Origin: Eledone cirrhosa
Lineage: Eukaryota
Length of the DNA: 64,000 nucleotides
Reading direction: 5' to 3'
Assembly: GCA_964016885.1 (NCBI GenBank)
Contig: OZ024742.1
Coordinates: 289,664,001 to 289,728,000 of the forward strand
Of the stretch, positions 1-15,000 are shown piece after piece; position 1 is the stretch's first letter; each line of letters opens with the position of its first letter. The translations under genes were made by a program, and so were the position numbers. The notes beneath the pieces were generated by a model, which saw nothing but the letters and a program-made list of their open reading frames with translations, searched no databases and was not told where the DNA came from.

Positions 1-3000
1 GGATGTTATGTGGTAGTGAGACAGTGGCAGTGATTGTAGAGGATGTTATGTGGCAGTGAGACAGTGGCAGTGATTGTAGAGGATGTTATGTGGTAGTGAG
101 ACAGTGGCAGTGATTGTAGAGGATGTTATGTGGTAGTGAGACAGTGGCAGTGATTGTAGAGGATGTTATGTGGCAGTGAGACAGTAGCAGTGATTGTAGA
201 GGATGTTATGTGGCAGTGAGACAGTGGCAGTGATTGTAGAGGATGTTATGTGGTAGTGAGACAGTGGCAGTGATTGTAGAGGATGTTATGTGGCAGTGAG
301 ACAGTGGCAGTGATTGTAGAGGATTTTATGTGGTAGTGAGACAGTGGCAGTGATTGTAGAGGATGTTATGTGGCAGTGAGACAGTGGCAGTGATTGTAGA
401 GGATGTTATGTGGTAGTGAGACAGTGGCAGTGATTGTAGAGGATGTTATGTGGTAGTGAGACAGTGGCAGTGATTGTAGAGGATGTTATGTGGCAGTGAG
501 ACAGTGGCAGTGATTGTTGAGGATGTTATGTGGTAGTGAGACAGTGGCAGTGGTTGTAGAGGATGTTATGTGGTAGTGAGACAGTGGCAGTGATTGTAGA
601 GGATGTTATGTGGCAGTGAGACAGTGGCAGTGATTGTAGAGGATGTTATGTGGTAGTGAGACAGTGGCAGTGATTGTAGAGGATGTTATGTGGTAGTGAG
701 ACAGTGGCAGTGATTGTAGAGGATGTTATGTGGCAGTGAGACAGTGGCAGTGATTGTAGAGGATGTTATGTGGCAGTGAGACAGTGGCAGTGATTGTAGA
801 GGATGTTATGTGGCAGTGAGACAGTGGCAGTGATTGTAGAGGATGTTATGTGGCAGTGAGACAGTGGCAGTGAATGTAGAGGATGTTATGTGGTAGTGAG
901 ACAGTGGCAGTGATTGTAGAGGATGTTATGTGGTAGTGAGACAGTGGCAGTGATTGTAAAGGATGTTATGTGGCAGTGAGACAGTGGCAGTGATTGTAGA
1001 GGATGTTATGTGGTAGTGAGACAGTGGCAGTGATAGTAGAGGATGTTATGTGGTAGTGAGACAGTGGCAGTGATTGTAGAGGATGTTATGTGGCAGTGAT
1101 TGTAGAGGATGTTATGTGGTAGTGAGACAGTGGCAGTGATTGTAGAGGATGTTATGTGGCAGTGAGACAGTGGCAGTTATTGTAGAAGATGTTATGTGGT
1201 AGTGAGACAGTGGCAGTGATTGTAGAGGATGTTATGTGGCAGTGAGACAGTGGCAGTGATTGTAGAGGATGTTATGTGGCAGTGAGACAGTGGCAGTGAT
1301 TGTAGAGGATGTTATGTGGTAGTGAGACAGTGGCAGTGATTGTAGAGGATGTTATGTGGCAGTGAGACAGTGGCAGTGATTGTAGAGGATTTTATGTGGT
1401 AGTGAGACAGTGGCAGTGATTGTAGAGGATGTTATGTGGCAGTGAGACAGTGGCAGTGATTGTAGAGCATGTTATGTGGCAGTGAGACGGTGGCAGTGAT
1501 TGTAGAGGATGTTATGTGGTAGTGAGACAGTGGCAGTGATTGTAGAGGATGTTATGTGGTAGTGAGACAGTGGCAGTGATTGTAGAGGATGTTATGTGGT
1601 AGTGAGACAGTGGCAGTGATTGTAGAGCATGTTATGTGGCAGTGAGACAGTGGCAGTGATTGTAGAGGATGTTATGTGGTAGTGAGACAGTGGCAGTGAT
1701 TGTAGAGGATGTTATGTGGTAGTGAGACGGTGGCAGTGATTGTAGAGGATGTTATGTGGTAGTGAGACAGTGGCAGTGATTGTAGAGGATGTTATGTGGT
1801 AGTGAGACAGTGGCAGTGATTGTAGGGGATGTTATGTGGTAGTGAGACAGTGGCAGTGATAGTAGAGGATGTTATGTGGTAGTGAGACAGTGGCAGTGAT
1901 TGTAGAGGATGTTATGTGGTAGTGAGACAGTGGCAGTGATTGTAGAGGATGTTATGTGGTAGTGAGACAGTGGCAGTGATTGTAGAGGATGTTATGTGGC
2001 AGTGAGACAGTGGAAGTGATTGTAGAGGATGTTATGTGGTAGTGAGACAGTGGCAGTGATTGTAGAGGATGTTATGTGGCAGTGAGACAGTGGCAGTGAT
2101 AGTAGAGGATGTTATGTGGTAGTGAGACAGTGGCAGTGATTGTTGAGGATGTTATGTGGTAGTGAGACAGTGGCAGTGATTGTAGAGGATGTTATGTGGT
2201 AGTGAGACAGTGGCAGTGATTGTAGAGGATGTTATGTGGCAGTGAGACAGTGGCAGTGATTGTAGAGGATGTTATGTGGTAGTGAGACAGTGGCAGTGAT
2301 TGTAGAGGATGTTATGTGGCAGTGAGACAGTGGCAGTGATTGTAGAGGATGTTATGTGGCAGTGAGACAGTGGCAGTGATTGTAGAGGATGTTATGTGGT
2401 AGTGAGACAGTGGCAGTGATTGTAGAGGATGTTATGTGGTAGTGAGACAGTGGCAGTGATTGTAGAGGATGTTATGTGGTAGTGAGACAGTGGCAGTGAT
2501 TGTAGAGGATGTTATGTGGTACTGAGACAGTGGCAGTGATAGTAGAGGATGTTATGTGGTAGTGAGACAGTGGCAGTAATTGTAGAGGATGTTATGTGAT
2601 AGTGAGACAGTGGCAGTGATTGTAGAGGATGTTATGTGGTAGTGAGACAGTGGCAGTGATTGTAGAGGATGTTATGTGGCAGTGAGACAGTGGCAGTGAT
2701 TGTAGAGGATGTTATGTGCCAGTGAGACAGTGGCAGTGATTGTAGAGGATGTTATGTGGTAGTGAGACAGTGGCAGTGATTGTAAAGGATGTTATGTGGC
2801 AGTGAGACAGTGGCAGTGATTGTAGAGGATGTTATGTGGCAGTGAGACAGTGGCAGTGATTGTAGAGGATGTTATGTGGCAGTGAGACAGAGGCAGTGAT
2901 TGTAGAGGATGTTATGTGGCAGTGAGACAGTGGCAGTGATTGTAGAGGATGTTATGTGGCAGTGAGACAGTGACAGTGATTGTAGAGGATGTTATGTGGT

Positions 3001-6000
3001 AGTGAGACAGTGGCAGTGATTGTAGAGGATGTTATGTGGCAGTGAGACAGTGACAGTGATTGTAGAGGATGTTATGTGGTAGTGAGACAGTGGCAGTAAT
3101 TGTAGAGGATGTTATGTGGTAGTGAGACAGTGGCAGTGATTGTAGAGGATGTTATGTGGCAGTGAGACAGTGGCAGTGATTGTAGAGGATGTTATGTGGT
3201 AGTGAGACAGTGGCAGTGATTGTAGAGGATGTTATGTGGCAGTGAGACAGTGGCAGTGATTGTAGAGGATGTTATGTGGTAGTGAGATAGTGGCAGTGAT
3301 TGTAGAGGATGTTATGTGGCAGTGAGACAGTGGCAGTAAATGTAGAGGATGTTATGTGGTAGTGAGACAGTGGCAGTGATTGTAGAGGATGTTATGTGGC
3401 AGTGAGACAGTGACAGTGATTGTAGAGGATGTTATGTGGTAGTGAGACAGTGGCAGTGATTGTAGAGGATGTTATGTGGCAGTGAGACAGTGGCAGTGAT
3501 TGTAGAGGATGTTATGTGGTAGTGAGACAGTGGCAGTGATTGTAGAGGATGTTATGTGGCAGTGAGACAGTGGCAGTAAATGTAGAGGATGTTATGTGGC
3601 AGTGAGACAGTGGCAGTGATTGTAGAGGATGTTATGTGGCAGTGAGACAGTGACAGTGATTGTAGAGGATGTTATGTGGTAGTGAGACAGTGGCAGTGAT
3701 TGTAGAGGATGTTATGTGGCAGTGAGACAGTGACAGTGATTGTAGAGGATGTTATGTGGTAGTGAGACAGTGGCAGTAATTGTAGAGGATGTTATGTGGT
3801 AGTGAGACAGTGGCAGTGATTGTAGAGGATGTTATGTGGCAGTGAGACAGTGGCAGTGATTGTAGAGGATGTTATGTGGTAGTGAGACAGTGGCAGTGAT
3901 TGTAGAGGATGTTATGTGGCAGTGAGACAGTGGCAGTGATTGTAGAGGATGTTATGTGGTAGTGAGATAGTGGCAGTGATTGTAGAGGATGTTATGTGGC
4001 AGTGAGACAGTGGCAGTAAATGTAGAGGATGTTATGTGGTAGTGAGACAGTGGCAGTGATTGTAGAGGATGTTACGTGGCAGTGAGACAGTGACAGTGAT
4101 TGTAGAGGATGTTATGTGGTAGTGAGACAGTGGCAGTGATTGTAGAGGATGTTATGTGGTAGTGAGACAGTGGCAGTGATTGTAGAGAATTTTATGTGGC
4201 ACTGAGACAGTGGCAGTGATTGTAGAGGATGTTATGTGGTAGTGAGACAGTGGCAGTGTTTGTAGAGGATGTTATGTGGCAGTGAGACAGTGGCAGTGAT
4301 TGTTGAGGATGTTATGTGGTAGTGAGACAGTGGCAGTGGTTGTAGAGGATGTTATGTGGTAGTGAGACAGTGGCAGTGATTGTAGAGGATGTTATGTGGC
4401 AGTGAGACAGTGGCAGTGATTGTAGAGGATGTTATGTGGCAGTGAGACAGTGGCAGTGATTGTAGAGGATGTTATGTGGCAGTGAGACAGTGGCAGTGAT
4501 TGTAGAGGATGTTATGTGGTAGTGAGACAGTGGCAGTGATTGTAGAGGATGTTATGTGGCAGTGAGACAGTGGCAGTGATTGTAGAGGATTTTATGTGGT
4601 AGTGAGACAGTGGCAGTGATTGTAGAGGATGTTATGTGGCAGTGAGACAGTGGCAGTGATTGTAGAGGATGTTATGTGGTAGTGAGACAGTGGCAGTGAT
4701 TGTAGAGGATGTTATGTGGTAGTGAGACAGTGGCAGTGATTGTAGAGGATGTTATGTGGCAGTGAGACAGTGGCAGTGATTGTTGAGGATGTTATGTGGT
4801 AGTGAGACAGTGGCAGTGGTTGTAGAGGATGTTATGTGGTAGTGAGACAGTGGCAGTGATTGTAGAGGATGTTATGTGGCAGTGAGACAGTGGCAGTGAT
4901 TGTAGAGGATGTTATGTGGTAGTGAGACAGTGGCAGTGATTGTAGAGGATGTTATGTGGTAGTGAGACAGTGGCAGTGATTGTAGAGGATGTTATGTGGC
5001 AGTGAGACAGTGGCAGTGATTGTAGAGGATGTTATGTGGTAGTGAGACAGTGGCAGTGATTGTAAAGGATGTTATGTGGCAGTGAGACAGTGGCAGTGAT
5101 TGTAGAGGATGTTATGTGGTAGTGAGACAGTGGCAGTGATAGTAGAGGATGTTATGTGGTAGTGAGACAGTGGCAGTGATTGTAGAGGATGTTATGTGGC
5201 AGTGATTGTAGAGGATGTTATGTGGTAGTGAGACAGTGGCAGTGATTGTAGAGGATGTTATGTGGCAGTGAGACAGTGGCAGTTATTGTAGAAGATGTTA
5301 TGTGGTAGTGAGACAGTGGCAGTGATTGTAGAGGATGTTATGTGGCAGTGAGACAGTGGCAGTGATTGTAGAGGATGTTATGTGGCAGTGAGACAGTGGC
5401 AGTGATTGTAGAGGATGTTATGTGGTAGTGAGACAGTTGCAGTGATTGTAGAGGATGTTATGTGGCAGTGAGACAGTGGCAGTGATTGTAGAGGATTTTA
5501 TGTGGTAGTGAGACAGTGGCAGTGATTGTAGAGGATGTTATGTGGCAGTGAGACAGTGGCAGTGATTGTAGAGCATGTTATGTGGCAGTGAGACGGTGGC
5601 AGTGATTGTAGAGGATGTTATGTGGTAGTGAGACAGTGGCAGTGATTGTAGAGGATGTTATGTGGTAGTGAGACAGTGGCAGTGATTGTAGAGGATGTTA
5701 TGTGGTAGTGAGACAGTGGCAGTGATTGTAGAGCATGTTATGTGGCAGTGAGACAGTGGCAGTGATTGTAGAGGATGTTATGTGGTAGTGAGACAGTGGC
5801 AGTGATTGTAGAGGATGTTATGTGGTAGTGAGACGGTGGCAGTGATTGTAGAGGATGTTATGTGGTAGTGAGACAGTGGCAGTGATTGTAGAGGATGTTA
5901 TGTGGTAGTGAGACAGTGGCAGTGATTGTAGGGGATGTTATGTGGTAGTGAGACAGTGGCAGTGATAGTAGAGGATGTTATGTGGTAGTGAGACAGTGGC

Positions 6001-9000
6001 AGTGATTGTAGAGGATGTTATGTGGTAGTGAGACAGTGGCAGTGATTGTAGAGGATGTTATGTGGTAGTGAGACAGTGGCAGTGATTGTAGAGGATGTTA
6101 TGTGGCAGTGAGACAGTGGAAGTGATTGTAGAGGATGTTATGTGGTAGTGAGACAGTGGCAGTGATTGTAGAGGATGTTATGTGGCAGTGAGACAGTGGC
6201 AGTGATAGTAGAGGATGTTATGTGGTAGTGAGACAGTGGCAGTGATTGTTGAGGATGTTATGTGGTAGTGAGACAGTGGCAGTGATTGTAGAGGATGTTA
6301 TGTGGTAGTGAGACAGTGGCAGTGATTGTAGAGGATGTTATGTGGCAGTGAGACAGTGGCAGTGATTGTAGAGGATGTTATGTGGTAGTGAGACAGTGGC
6401 AGTGATTGTAGAGGATGTTATGTGGCAGTGAGACAGTGGCAGTGATTGTAGAGGATGTTATGTGGCAGTGAGACAGTGGCAGTGATTGTAGAGGATGTTA
6501 TGTGGTAGTGAGACAGTGGCAGTGATTGTAGAGGATGTTATGTGGTAGTGAGACAGTGGCAGTGATTGTAGAGGATGTTATGTGGTAGTGAGACAGTGGC
6601 AGTGATTGTAGAGGATGTTATGTGGTACTGAGACAGTGGCAGTGATAGTAGAGGATGTTATGTGGTAGTGAGACAGTGGCAGTGATTGTAGAGGATGTTA
6701 TGTGGTAGTGAGACAGTGGCAGTGATTGTAGAGGATGTTATGTGGCAGTGAGACAGTGGCAGTGATTGTAGAGGATGTTATGTGTCAGTGAGACAGTGGC
6801 AGTGATTGTAGAGGATGTTATGTGGTAGTGAGACAGTGGCAGTGATTGTAAAGGATGTTATGTGGCAGTGAGACAGTGGCAGTGATTGTAGAGGATGTTA
6901 TGTGGCAGTGAGACAGTGGCAGTGATTGTAGAGGATGTTATGTGGTAGTGAGACAGTGGCAGTGATTGTAGAGGATGTTATGTGGTAGTGAGACAGTGGC
7001 AGTGATTGTAGAGGATGTTATGTGGTAGTGAGACAGTGGCAGTGATTGTAGAGGATGTTATGTGGTAATGAGACAGTGGCAGTGATTGTAGAGGATGTTT
7101 ATGTGGTAGTGAGACAGTGGCAGTGATTGTAGAGGATGTTATGTGGCAGTGAGACAGTGGCAGTGAATGTAGAGGATGTTATGTGGTAGTGAGACAGTGG
7201 CAGTGATTGTAGAGGATGTTATGTGGTAGTGAGACAGTGGCAGTGATTGTAAAGGATGTTATGTGGCAGTGAGACAGTGGCAGTGATTGTAGAGGATGTT
7301 ATGTGGTAGTGAGACAGTGGCAGTGATAGTAGAGGATGTTATGTGGTAGTGAGACAGTGGCAGTGATTGTAGAGGATGTTATGTGGCAGTGATTGTAGAG
7401 GATGTTATGTGGTAGTGAGACAGTGGCAGTGATTGTAGAGGATGTTATGTGGCAGTGAGACAGTGGCAGTTATTGTAGAAGATGTTATGTGGTAGTGAGA
7501 CAGTGGCAGTGATTGTAGAGGATGTTATGTGGCAGTGAGACAGTGGCAGTGATTGTAGAGGATGTTATGTGGCAGTGAGACAGTGGCAGTGATTGTAGAG
7601 GATGTTATGTGGTAGTGAGACAGTGGCAGTGATTGTAGAGGATGTTATGTGGCAGTGAGACAGTGGCAGTGATTGTAGAGGATTTTATGTGGTAGTGAGA
7701 CAGTGGCAGTGATTGTAGAGGATGTTATGTGGCAGTGAGACAGTGGCAGTGATTGTAGAGCATGTTATGTGGCAGTGAGACGGTGGCAGTGATTGTAGAG
7801 GATGTTATGTGGTAGTGAGACAGTGGCAGTGATTGTAGAGGATGTTATGTGGTAGTGAGACAGTGGCAGTGATTGTAGAGGATGTTATGTGGTAGTGAGA
7901 CAGTGGCAGTGATTGTAGAGCATGTTATGTGGCAGTGAGACAGTGGCAGTGATTGTAGAGGATGTTATGTGGTAGTGAGACAGTGGCAGTGATTGTAGAG
8001 GATGTTATGTGGTAGTGAGACGGTGGCAGTGATTGTAGAGGATGTTATGTGGTAGTGAGACAGTGGCAGTGATTGTAGAGGATGTTATGTGGTAGTGAGA
8101 CAGTGGCAGTGATTGTAGGGGATGTTATGTGGTAGTGAGACAGTGGCAGTGATAGTAGAGGATGTTATGTGGTAGTGAGACAGTGGCAGTGATTGTAGAG
8201 GATGTTATGTGGTAGTGAGACAGTGGCAGTGATTGTAGAGGATGTTATGTGGCAGTGAGACAGTGGCAGTGATTGTAGAGGATGTTATGTGGTAGTGAGA
8301 CAGTGGCAGTGATTGTAGAGGATGTTATGTGGTAGTGAGACAGTGGCAGTGATTGTAGAGGATGTTATGTGGCAGTGAGACAGTGGCAGTGATTGTAGAG
8401 GATGTTATGTGGCAGTGAGACAGTGGCAGTGATTGTAGAGGATGTTATGTGGTAGTGAGACAGTGGCAGTGATTGTAGAGGATGTTATGTGGCAGTGAGA
8501 CAGTGGCAGTGATTGTAGAGGATTTTATGTGGTAGTGAGACAGTGGCAGTGATTGTAGAGGATGTTATGTGGCAGTGAGACAGTGGCAGTGATTGTAGAG
8601 CATGTTATGTGGCAGTGAGACGGTGGCAGTGATTGTAGAGGATGTTATGTGGTAGTGAGACAGTGGCAGTGATTGTAGAGGATGTTATGTGGTAGTGAGA
8701 CAGTGGCAGTGATTGTAGAGGATGTTATGTGGTAGTGAGACAGTGGCAGTGATTGTAGAGCATGTTATGTGGCAGTGAGACAGTGGCAGTGATTGTAGAG
8801 GATGTTATGTGGTAGTGAGACAGTGGCAGTGATTGTAGAGGATGTTATGTGGTAGTGAGACAGTGGCAGTGATTGTAGAGGATGTTATGTGGTAGTGAGA
8901 CAGTGGCAGTGATTGTAGAGGATGTTATGTGGTAGTGAGACAGTGGCAGTGATTGTATGGGATGTTATTTTGTAGTGAGACAGTGGCAGTGATAGTAGAG

Positions 9001-12000
9001 GATGTTATGTGGTAGTGAGACAGTGGCAGTGATTGTAGAGGATGTTATGTGGTAGTGAGACAGTGGCAGTGATTGTAGAGGATGTTATGTGGCAGTGAGA
9101 CAGTGGGAGTGATTGTAGAGGATGTTATGTGGCAGTGAGACAGTGGGAGTGATTGTAGAGGATGTTATGTGGCAGTGAGACAGTGGGAGTGATTGTAGAG
9201 GATGTTATGTGGCAGTGAGACAGTGGCAGTTATTGTAGAGGATGTTATGTGGTAGTGAGACAGTGGCAGTGATTGTAGAGGATGTTATGTGGTAGTGAGA
9301 CAGTGGCAGTGATTGTAGAGGATGTTATGTGGTAGTGAGACAGTGGCAGTGATTGTAGAGCATGTTATGTGGTAGTGAGACAGTGGCAGTGATTGTAGAG
9401 GATGTTATGTGGCAGTGAGACAGTGGCAGTGATTGTAGAGGATGTTATGTGGCAGTGAGACAGTGGCAGTGATTGTAGAGGATGTTATGTGGTAGTGAGA
9501 CAGTGGCAGTGATTGTAGAGGATGTTATGTGGTAGTGAGACAGTGGCAGTGATTGTAGAGGATGTTATGTGGTAGTGAGACAGTGGCAGTGATTGTAGAG
9601 GATGTTATGTGGCAGTGAGACAGTGGCAGTGATTGTAGAGGATGTTATGTGGTAGTAAGATAGTGGCAGTGATTGTAGAGGATGTTATGTGGCAGTGAGA
9701 CAGTGGCAGTGATTGTAGAGGATGTTATGTGGTAGTGAGACAGTGGCAGTGATTGTAAAGGATGTTATGTGGTAGTGAGACAGTGGCAGTGATTGTAGAG
9801 GATGTTATGTGGCACTGAGACAGTGGCAGTGATTGTAGAGGATGTTATGTGGTAGTGAGACAGTGGCAGTGATTGTAGAGGATGTTATGTGGCAGTGAGA
9901 CAGTGGCAGTGATTGTAGAGGATGTTATGTGGCAGTGAGACAGTGGCAGTGATTGTAGAGGATGTTATGTGGAAGTGAGACAGTGGCAGTGATTGTAGAG
10001 GATGTTATGTGGTAGTGAGACAGTGGCAGTGATTGTAGAGGATGTTATGTGATAGTGAGACAGTGGCAGTGATAATAGAGGATGTTATGTGGTAGTGAGA
10101 CAGTGGCAGTGATTGTAGAGGATGTTATGTGGTAGTGAGACAGTGGCAGTGATTGTAGAGGATGTTATGTGGCAGTGAGACAGTGGCAGTGATTGTAGAG
10201 GATGTTATGTGGCAGTGAGACAGTGGCAGTGATTGTAGAGGATGTTATGTGGCAGTGAGACAGTGGCAGTGATTGTAGAGGATGTTATGTGGCAGTGAGA
10301 CAGTGGCAGTGATTGTAGAGGATGTTATGTGGTAGTGAGACAGTGGCAGTGATTGTAGAGGATGTTATGTGGTAGTGAGACAGTGGCAGTGATTGTAGAG
10401 GATGTTATGTGGTAGTGAGACAGTGGCAGTGATTGTAGAGGATGTTATGTGGCAGTGAGACAGTGGCAGTGATTGTAGAGGATGTTATGTGGCAGTGAGA
10501 CAGTGGCAGTGATTGTAGAGGATGTTATGTGGCAGTGAGACAGTGACAGTGATTGTAGAGGATGTTATGTGGTAGTGAGACAGTGGCAGTGATTGTAGAG
10601 GATGTTATGTGGCAGTGAGACAGTGGCAGTGATTGTAGAGGATGTTATGTGGTAGTGAGACAGTGGCAGTGATTGTAGAGGATGTTATGTGGCAGTGAGA
10701 CAGTGGCAGTGATTGTAGAGGATGTTATGTGGCAGTGAGACAGTGGCAGTGATTGTAGAGGATGTTATGTGGTAGTGAGACAGTGGCAGTGATTGTAGAG
10801 GATGTTATGTGGTAGTGAGACAGTGGCAGTGATTGTAGAGGATGTTACGTGGCAGCGAGACAGTGGCAGTGATTGTAGAGGATGTTATGTGGCAGTGAGA
10901 CAGTGGCAGTGATTGTAGAGGATGTTATGTGGCAGTGAGACAGTGGCAGTGATTGTAGAGGATGTTATGTGGTAGTGAGACAGTGGCAGTGATTGTAGAG
11001 GATGTTATGTGGCAGTGAGACAGTGGCAGTGATAGTAGAGGATGTTATGTGGTAGTGAGACAGTGGCAGTGATTGTTGAGGATGTTATGTGGTAGTGAGA
11101 CAGTGGCAGTGATTGTAGAGGATGTTATGTGGCAGTGAGACAGTGGCAGTGATTGTAGAGGATGTTATGTGGCAGTGGGACAGTGGCAGTGATTGTAGAG
11201 GATGTTATGTGGTAGTGAGACAGTGGCAGTGATTGTAGAGGATGTTATGTGGCAGTGAGACAGTGGCAGTGATTGTAGAGGATGTTATGTGGCAGTGAGA
11301 CAGTGGCAGTGATTGTAGAGCATGTTATGTGGTAGTGAGACAGTGGCAGTGATTGTAGAGGATGTTATGTCGCAGTGAGACAGTGGCAGTGATTGTAGAG
11401 GATTTTATGTGGTAGTGAGACAGTGGCAGTGATTGTAGAGGATGTTATGTGGCAGTGAGACAGTGGCAGTGATTGTAGAGCATGTTATGTGGCAGTGAGA
11501 CGGTGGCAGTGATAGTAGAGGATGTTATGTGGTAGTGAGACAGTGGCAGTGATTGTAGAGGATGTTATGTGGTAGTGAGACAGTGGCAGTGATTGTAGAG
11601 CATGTTATGTGGCAGTGAGACAGTGGCAGTGATTGAGAGGATGTTATGTGGTAGTGAGACAGTGGCAGTGATTGTAGAGGATGTTATGTGGTAGTGAGAC
11701 AGTGGCAGTGATTGTAGAGGATGTTATGTGGTAGTGAGACCGTGGCAGTGATTGTAGAGGATGTTATGTGGTAGTGAGACAGTGGCAGTGATTGTAGGGG
11801 ATGTTATGTGGTAGTGAGACAGTGGCAGTGATAGTAGAGGATGTTATGTGGTAGTGAGACAGTGGCAGTGATTGTAGAGGATGTTATGTGGTAGTGAGAC
11901 AGTGGCAGTGATTGTAGAGGATGTTATGTGGCAGTGAGACAGTGGGAGTGATTGTAGAGGATGTTATGTGGCAGTGAGACAGTGGGAGTGATTGTAGAGG

Positions 12001-15000
12001 ATGTTATGTGGCAGTGAGACAGTGGGAGTGATTGTAGAGGATGTTATGTGGCAGTGAGACAGTGGCAGTTATTGTAGAGGATGTTATGTGGTAGTGAGAC
12101 AGTGGCAGTGATTGTAGAGGATGTTATGTGGTAGTGAGACAGTGGCAGTGATTGTAGAGGATGTTATGTGGTAGTGAGACAGTGGCAGTGATTGTAGAGC
12201 ATGTTATGTGGTAGTGAGACAGTGGCAGTGATTGTAGAGGATGTTATGTGGCAGTGAGACAGTGGCAGTGATTGTAGAGGATGTTATGTGGTAGTAAGAC
12301 AGTGGCAGTGAATGTAGAGGATGTTATGTGGCAGTGAGACAGTGGCAGTGATTGTAGAGGATGTTATGTGGTAGTGAGACAGTGGCAGTGATTGTAAAGG
12401 ATGTTATGTGGTAGTGAGACAGTGGCAGTGATTGTAGAGGATGTTATGTGGCACTGAGACAGTGGCAGTGATTGTAGAGGATGTTATGTGGTAGTGAGAC
12501 AGTGGCAGTGATTGTAGAGGATGTTATGTGGCAGTGAGACAGTGGCAGTGATTGTAGAGGATGTTATGTGGCAGTGAGACAGTGGCAGTGATTGTAGAGG
12601 ATGTTATGTGGCAGTGAGACAGTGGCAGTGATTGTAGAGGATGTTATGTGGCAGTGATTGTAGAGGATGTTATGTGGTAGTGATACAGTGGCAGTGATTG
12701 TAGAGGATGTTACGTGGTAGTGACACAGTGGCAGTGATTGTAGAGGATGTTATGTGGTAGTGAGACAGTGGCACTGATTGTAGAGGATGTTATGTGGTAG
12801 TGAGACAGTGGCAGTGATTGTAGAGGATGTTATGTGATAGTGAGACAGTGGCAGTGATAATAGAGGATGTTATGTGGTAGTGAGACAGTGGCAGTGATTG
12901 TAGAGGATGTTATGTGGTAGTGAGATAGTGGCAGTGATTGTAGAGGATGTTATGTGGTAGTGAGATAGTGGCAGTGATTGTAGAGGATGTTATGTGGCAG
13001 TGAGACAGTGGCAGTGATTGTAGAGGATGTTATGTGGTAGTGAGACAGTGGCAGTGATTGTAGAGGATGTTATGTGGCAGTGAGACAGTGGCAGTGATTG
13101 TAGAGGATGTTATGTGGCAGTGAGACAGTGGCAGTGATTGTAGAGGATGTTATGTGGCAGTGAGACAGTGGCAGTGATTGTAGAGGATGTTATGTGGCAG
13201 TGAGACAGTGGCATTGATTGTAGAGGATGTTATGTGGTAGTGAGACAGTGGCAGTGATTGTAGAGGATGTTATGTGGTAGTGAGACAGTGGCAGTGATTG
13301 TAGAGGATGTTATGTGGTAGTGAGACAGTGGCAGTGATTGTAGAGGATGTTATGTGGCAGTGAGACAGTGGCAGTGATTGTAGAGGATGTTATGTGGTAG
13401 TGAGACAGTGGCAGTGATTGTAGAGGATGTTATATGGTAGTGAGACAGTGGCAGTGATTGTAGAGGATGTTATGTGGCAGTGAGACAGTGACAGTGATTG
13501 TAGAGGATGTTATGTGGTAGTGAGACAGTGGCAGTAATTGTAGAGGATGTTATGTGGTAGTGAGACAGTGGCAGTGATTGTAGAGGATGTTATGTGGCAG
13601 TGAGACAGTGGCAGTGATTGTAGAGGATGTTATGTGGTAGTGAGACAGTGGCAGTGATTGTAGAGGATGTTATGTGGCAGTGAGACAGTGGCAGTGATTG
13701 TAGAGGATGTTATGTGGTAGTGAGATAGTGGCAGTGATTGTAGAGGATGTTATGTGGCAGTGAGACAGTGGCAGTAAATGTAGAGGATGTTATGTGGTAG
13801 TGAGACAGTGGCAGTGATTGTAGAGGATGTTATGTGGCAGTGAGACAGTGACAGTGATTGTAGAGGATATTATGTGGTAGTGAGACAGTGGCAGTGATTG
13901 TAGAGGATGTTATGTGGCAGTGAGACAGTGGCAGTGATTGTAGAGGATGTTATGTGGTAGTGAGACAGTGGCAGTGATTGTAGAGGATGTTATGTGGCAG
14001 TGAGACAGTGGCAGTGATTGTAGAGGATGTTATGTGGCAGTGAGACAGTGGCAGTGATTGTAGAGGATGTTATGTGGTAGTGAGACAGTGGCAGTGATTG
14101 TAGAGGATGTTATGTGGTAGTGAGACAGTGGCAGTGATTGTAGAGGATGTTATGTGGCAGCGAGACAGTGGCAGTGATTGTAGAGGATGTTATGTGGCAG
14201 TGAGACAGTGGCAGTGATTGTAGAGGATGTTATGTGGCAGTGAGACAGTGGCAGTGATTGTAGAGGATGTTATGTGGTAGTGAGACAGTGGCAGTGATTG
14301 TAGAGGATGTTATGTGGCAGTGAGACAGTGGCAGTGATTGTAGAGGATGTTATGTGGCAGTGAGACAGTGGGAGTGATTGTAGAGGATGTTATGTGGCAG
14401 TGAGACAGTGGGAGTGATTGTAGAGGATGTTATGTGGCAGTGAGACAGTGGCAGTTATTGTAGAGGATGTTATGTGGTAGTGAGACAGTGGCAGTGATTG
14501 TAGAGGATGTTATGTGGTAGTGAGACAGTGGCAGTGATTGTAGAGGATGTTATGTGGTAGTGAGACAGTGGCAGTGATTGTAGAGCATGTTATGTGGCAG
14601 TGAGACAGTGGCAGTGATTGTAGAGGATGTTATGTGGCAGTGAGACAGTGGCAGTGATTGTAGAGGATGTTATGTGGTAGTAAGACAGTGGCAGTGATTG
14701 TAGAGGATGTTATGTGGCAGTGAGACAGTGGCAGTGATTGTAGAGGATGTTATGTGGTAGTGAGACAGTGGCAGTGATTGTAAAGGATGTTATGTGGTAG
14801 TGAGACAGTGGCAGTGATTGTAGAGGATGTTATGTGGCACTGAGACAGTGGCATTGATTGTAGAGGATGTTATGTGGTAGTGAGACAGTGGCAGTGATTG
14901 TAGAGGATGTTATGTGGTAGTGAGACAGTGGCAGTGATTGTAGAGGATGTTATGTGGTAGTGAGACAGTGGCAGTGATTGTAGAGGATGTTATGTGGTAG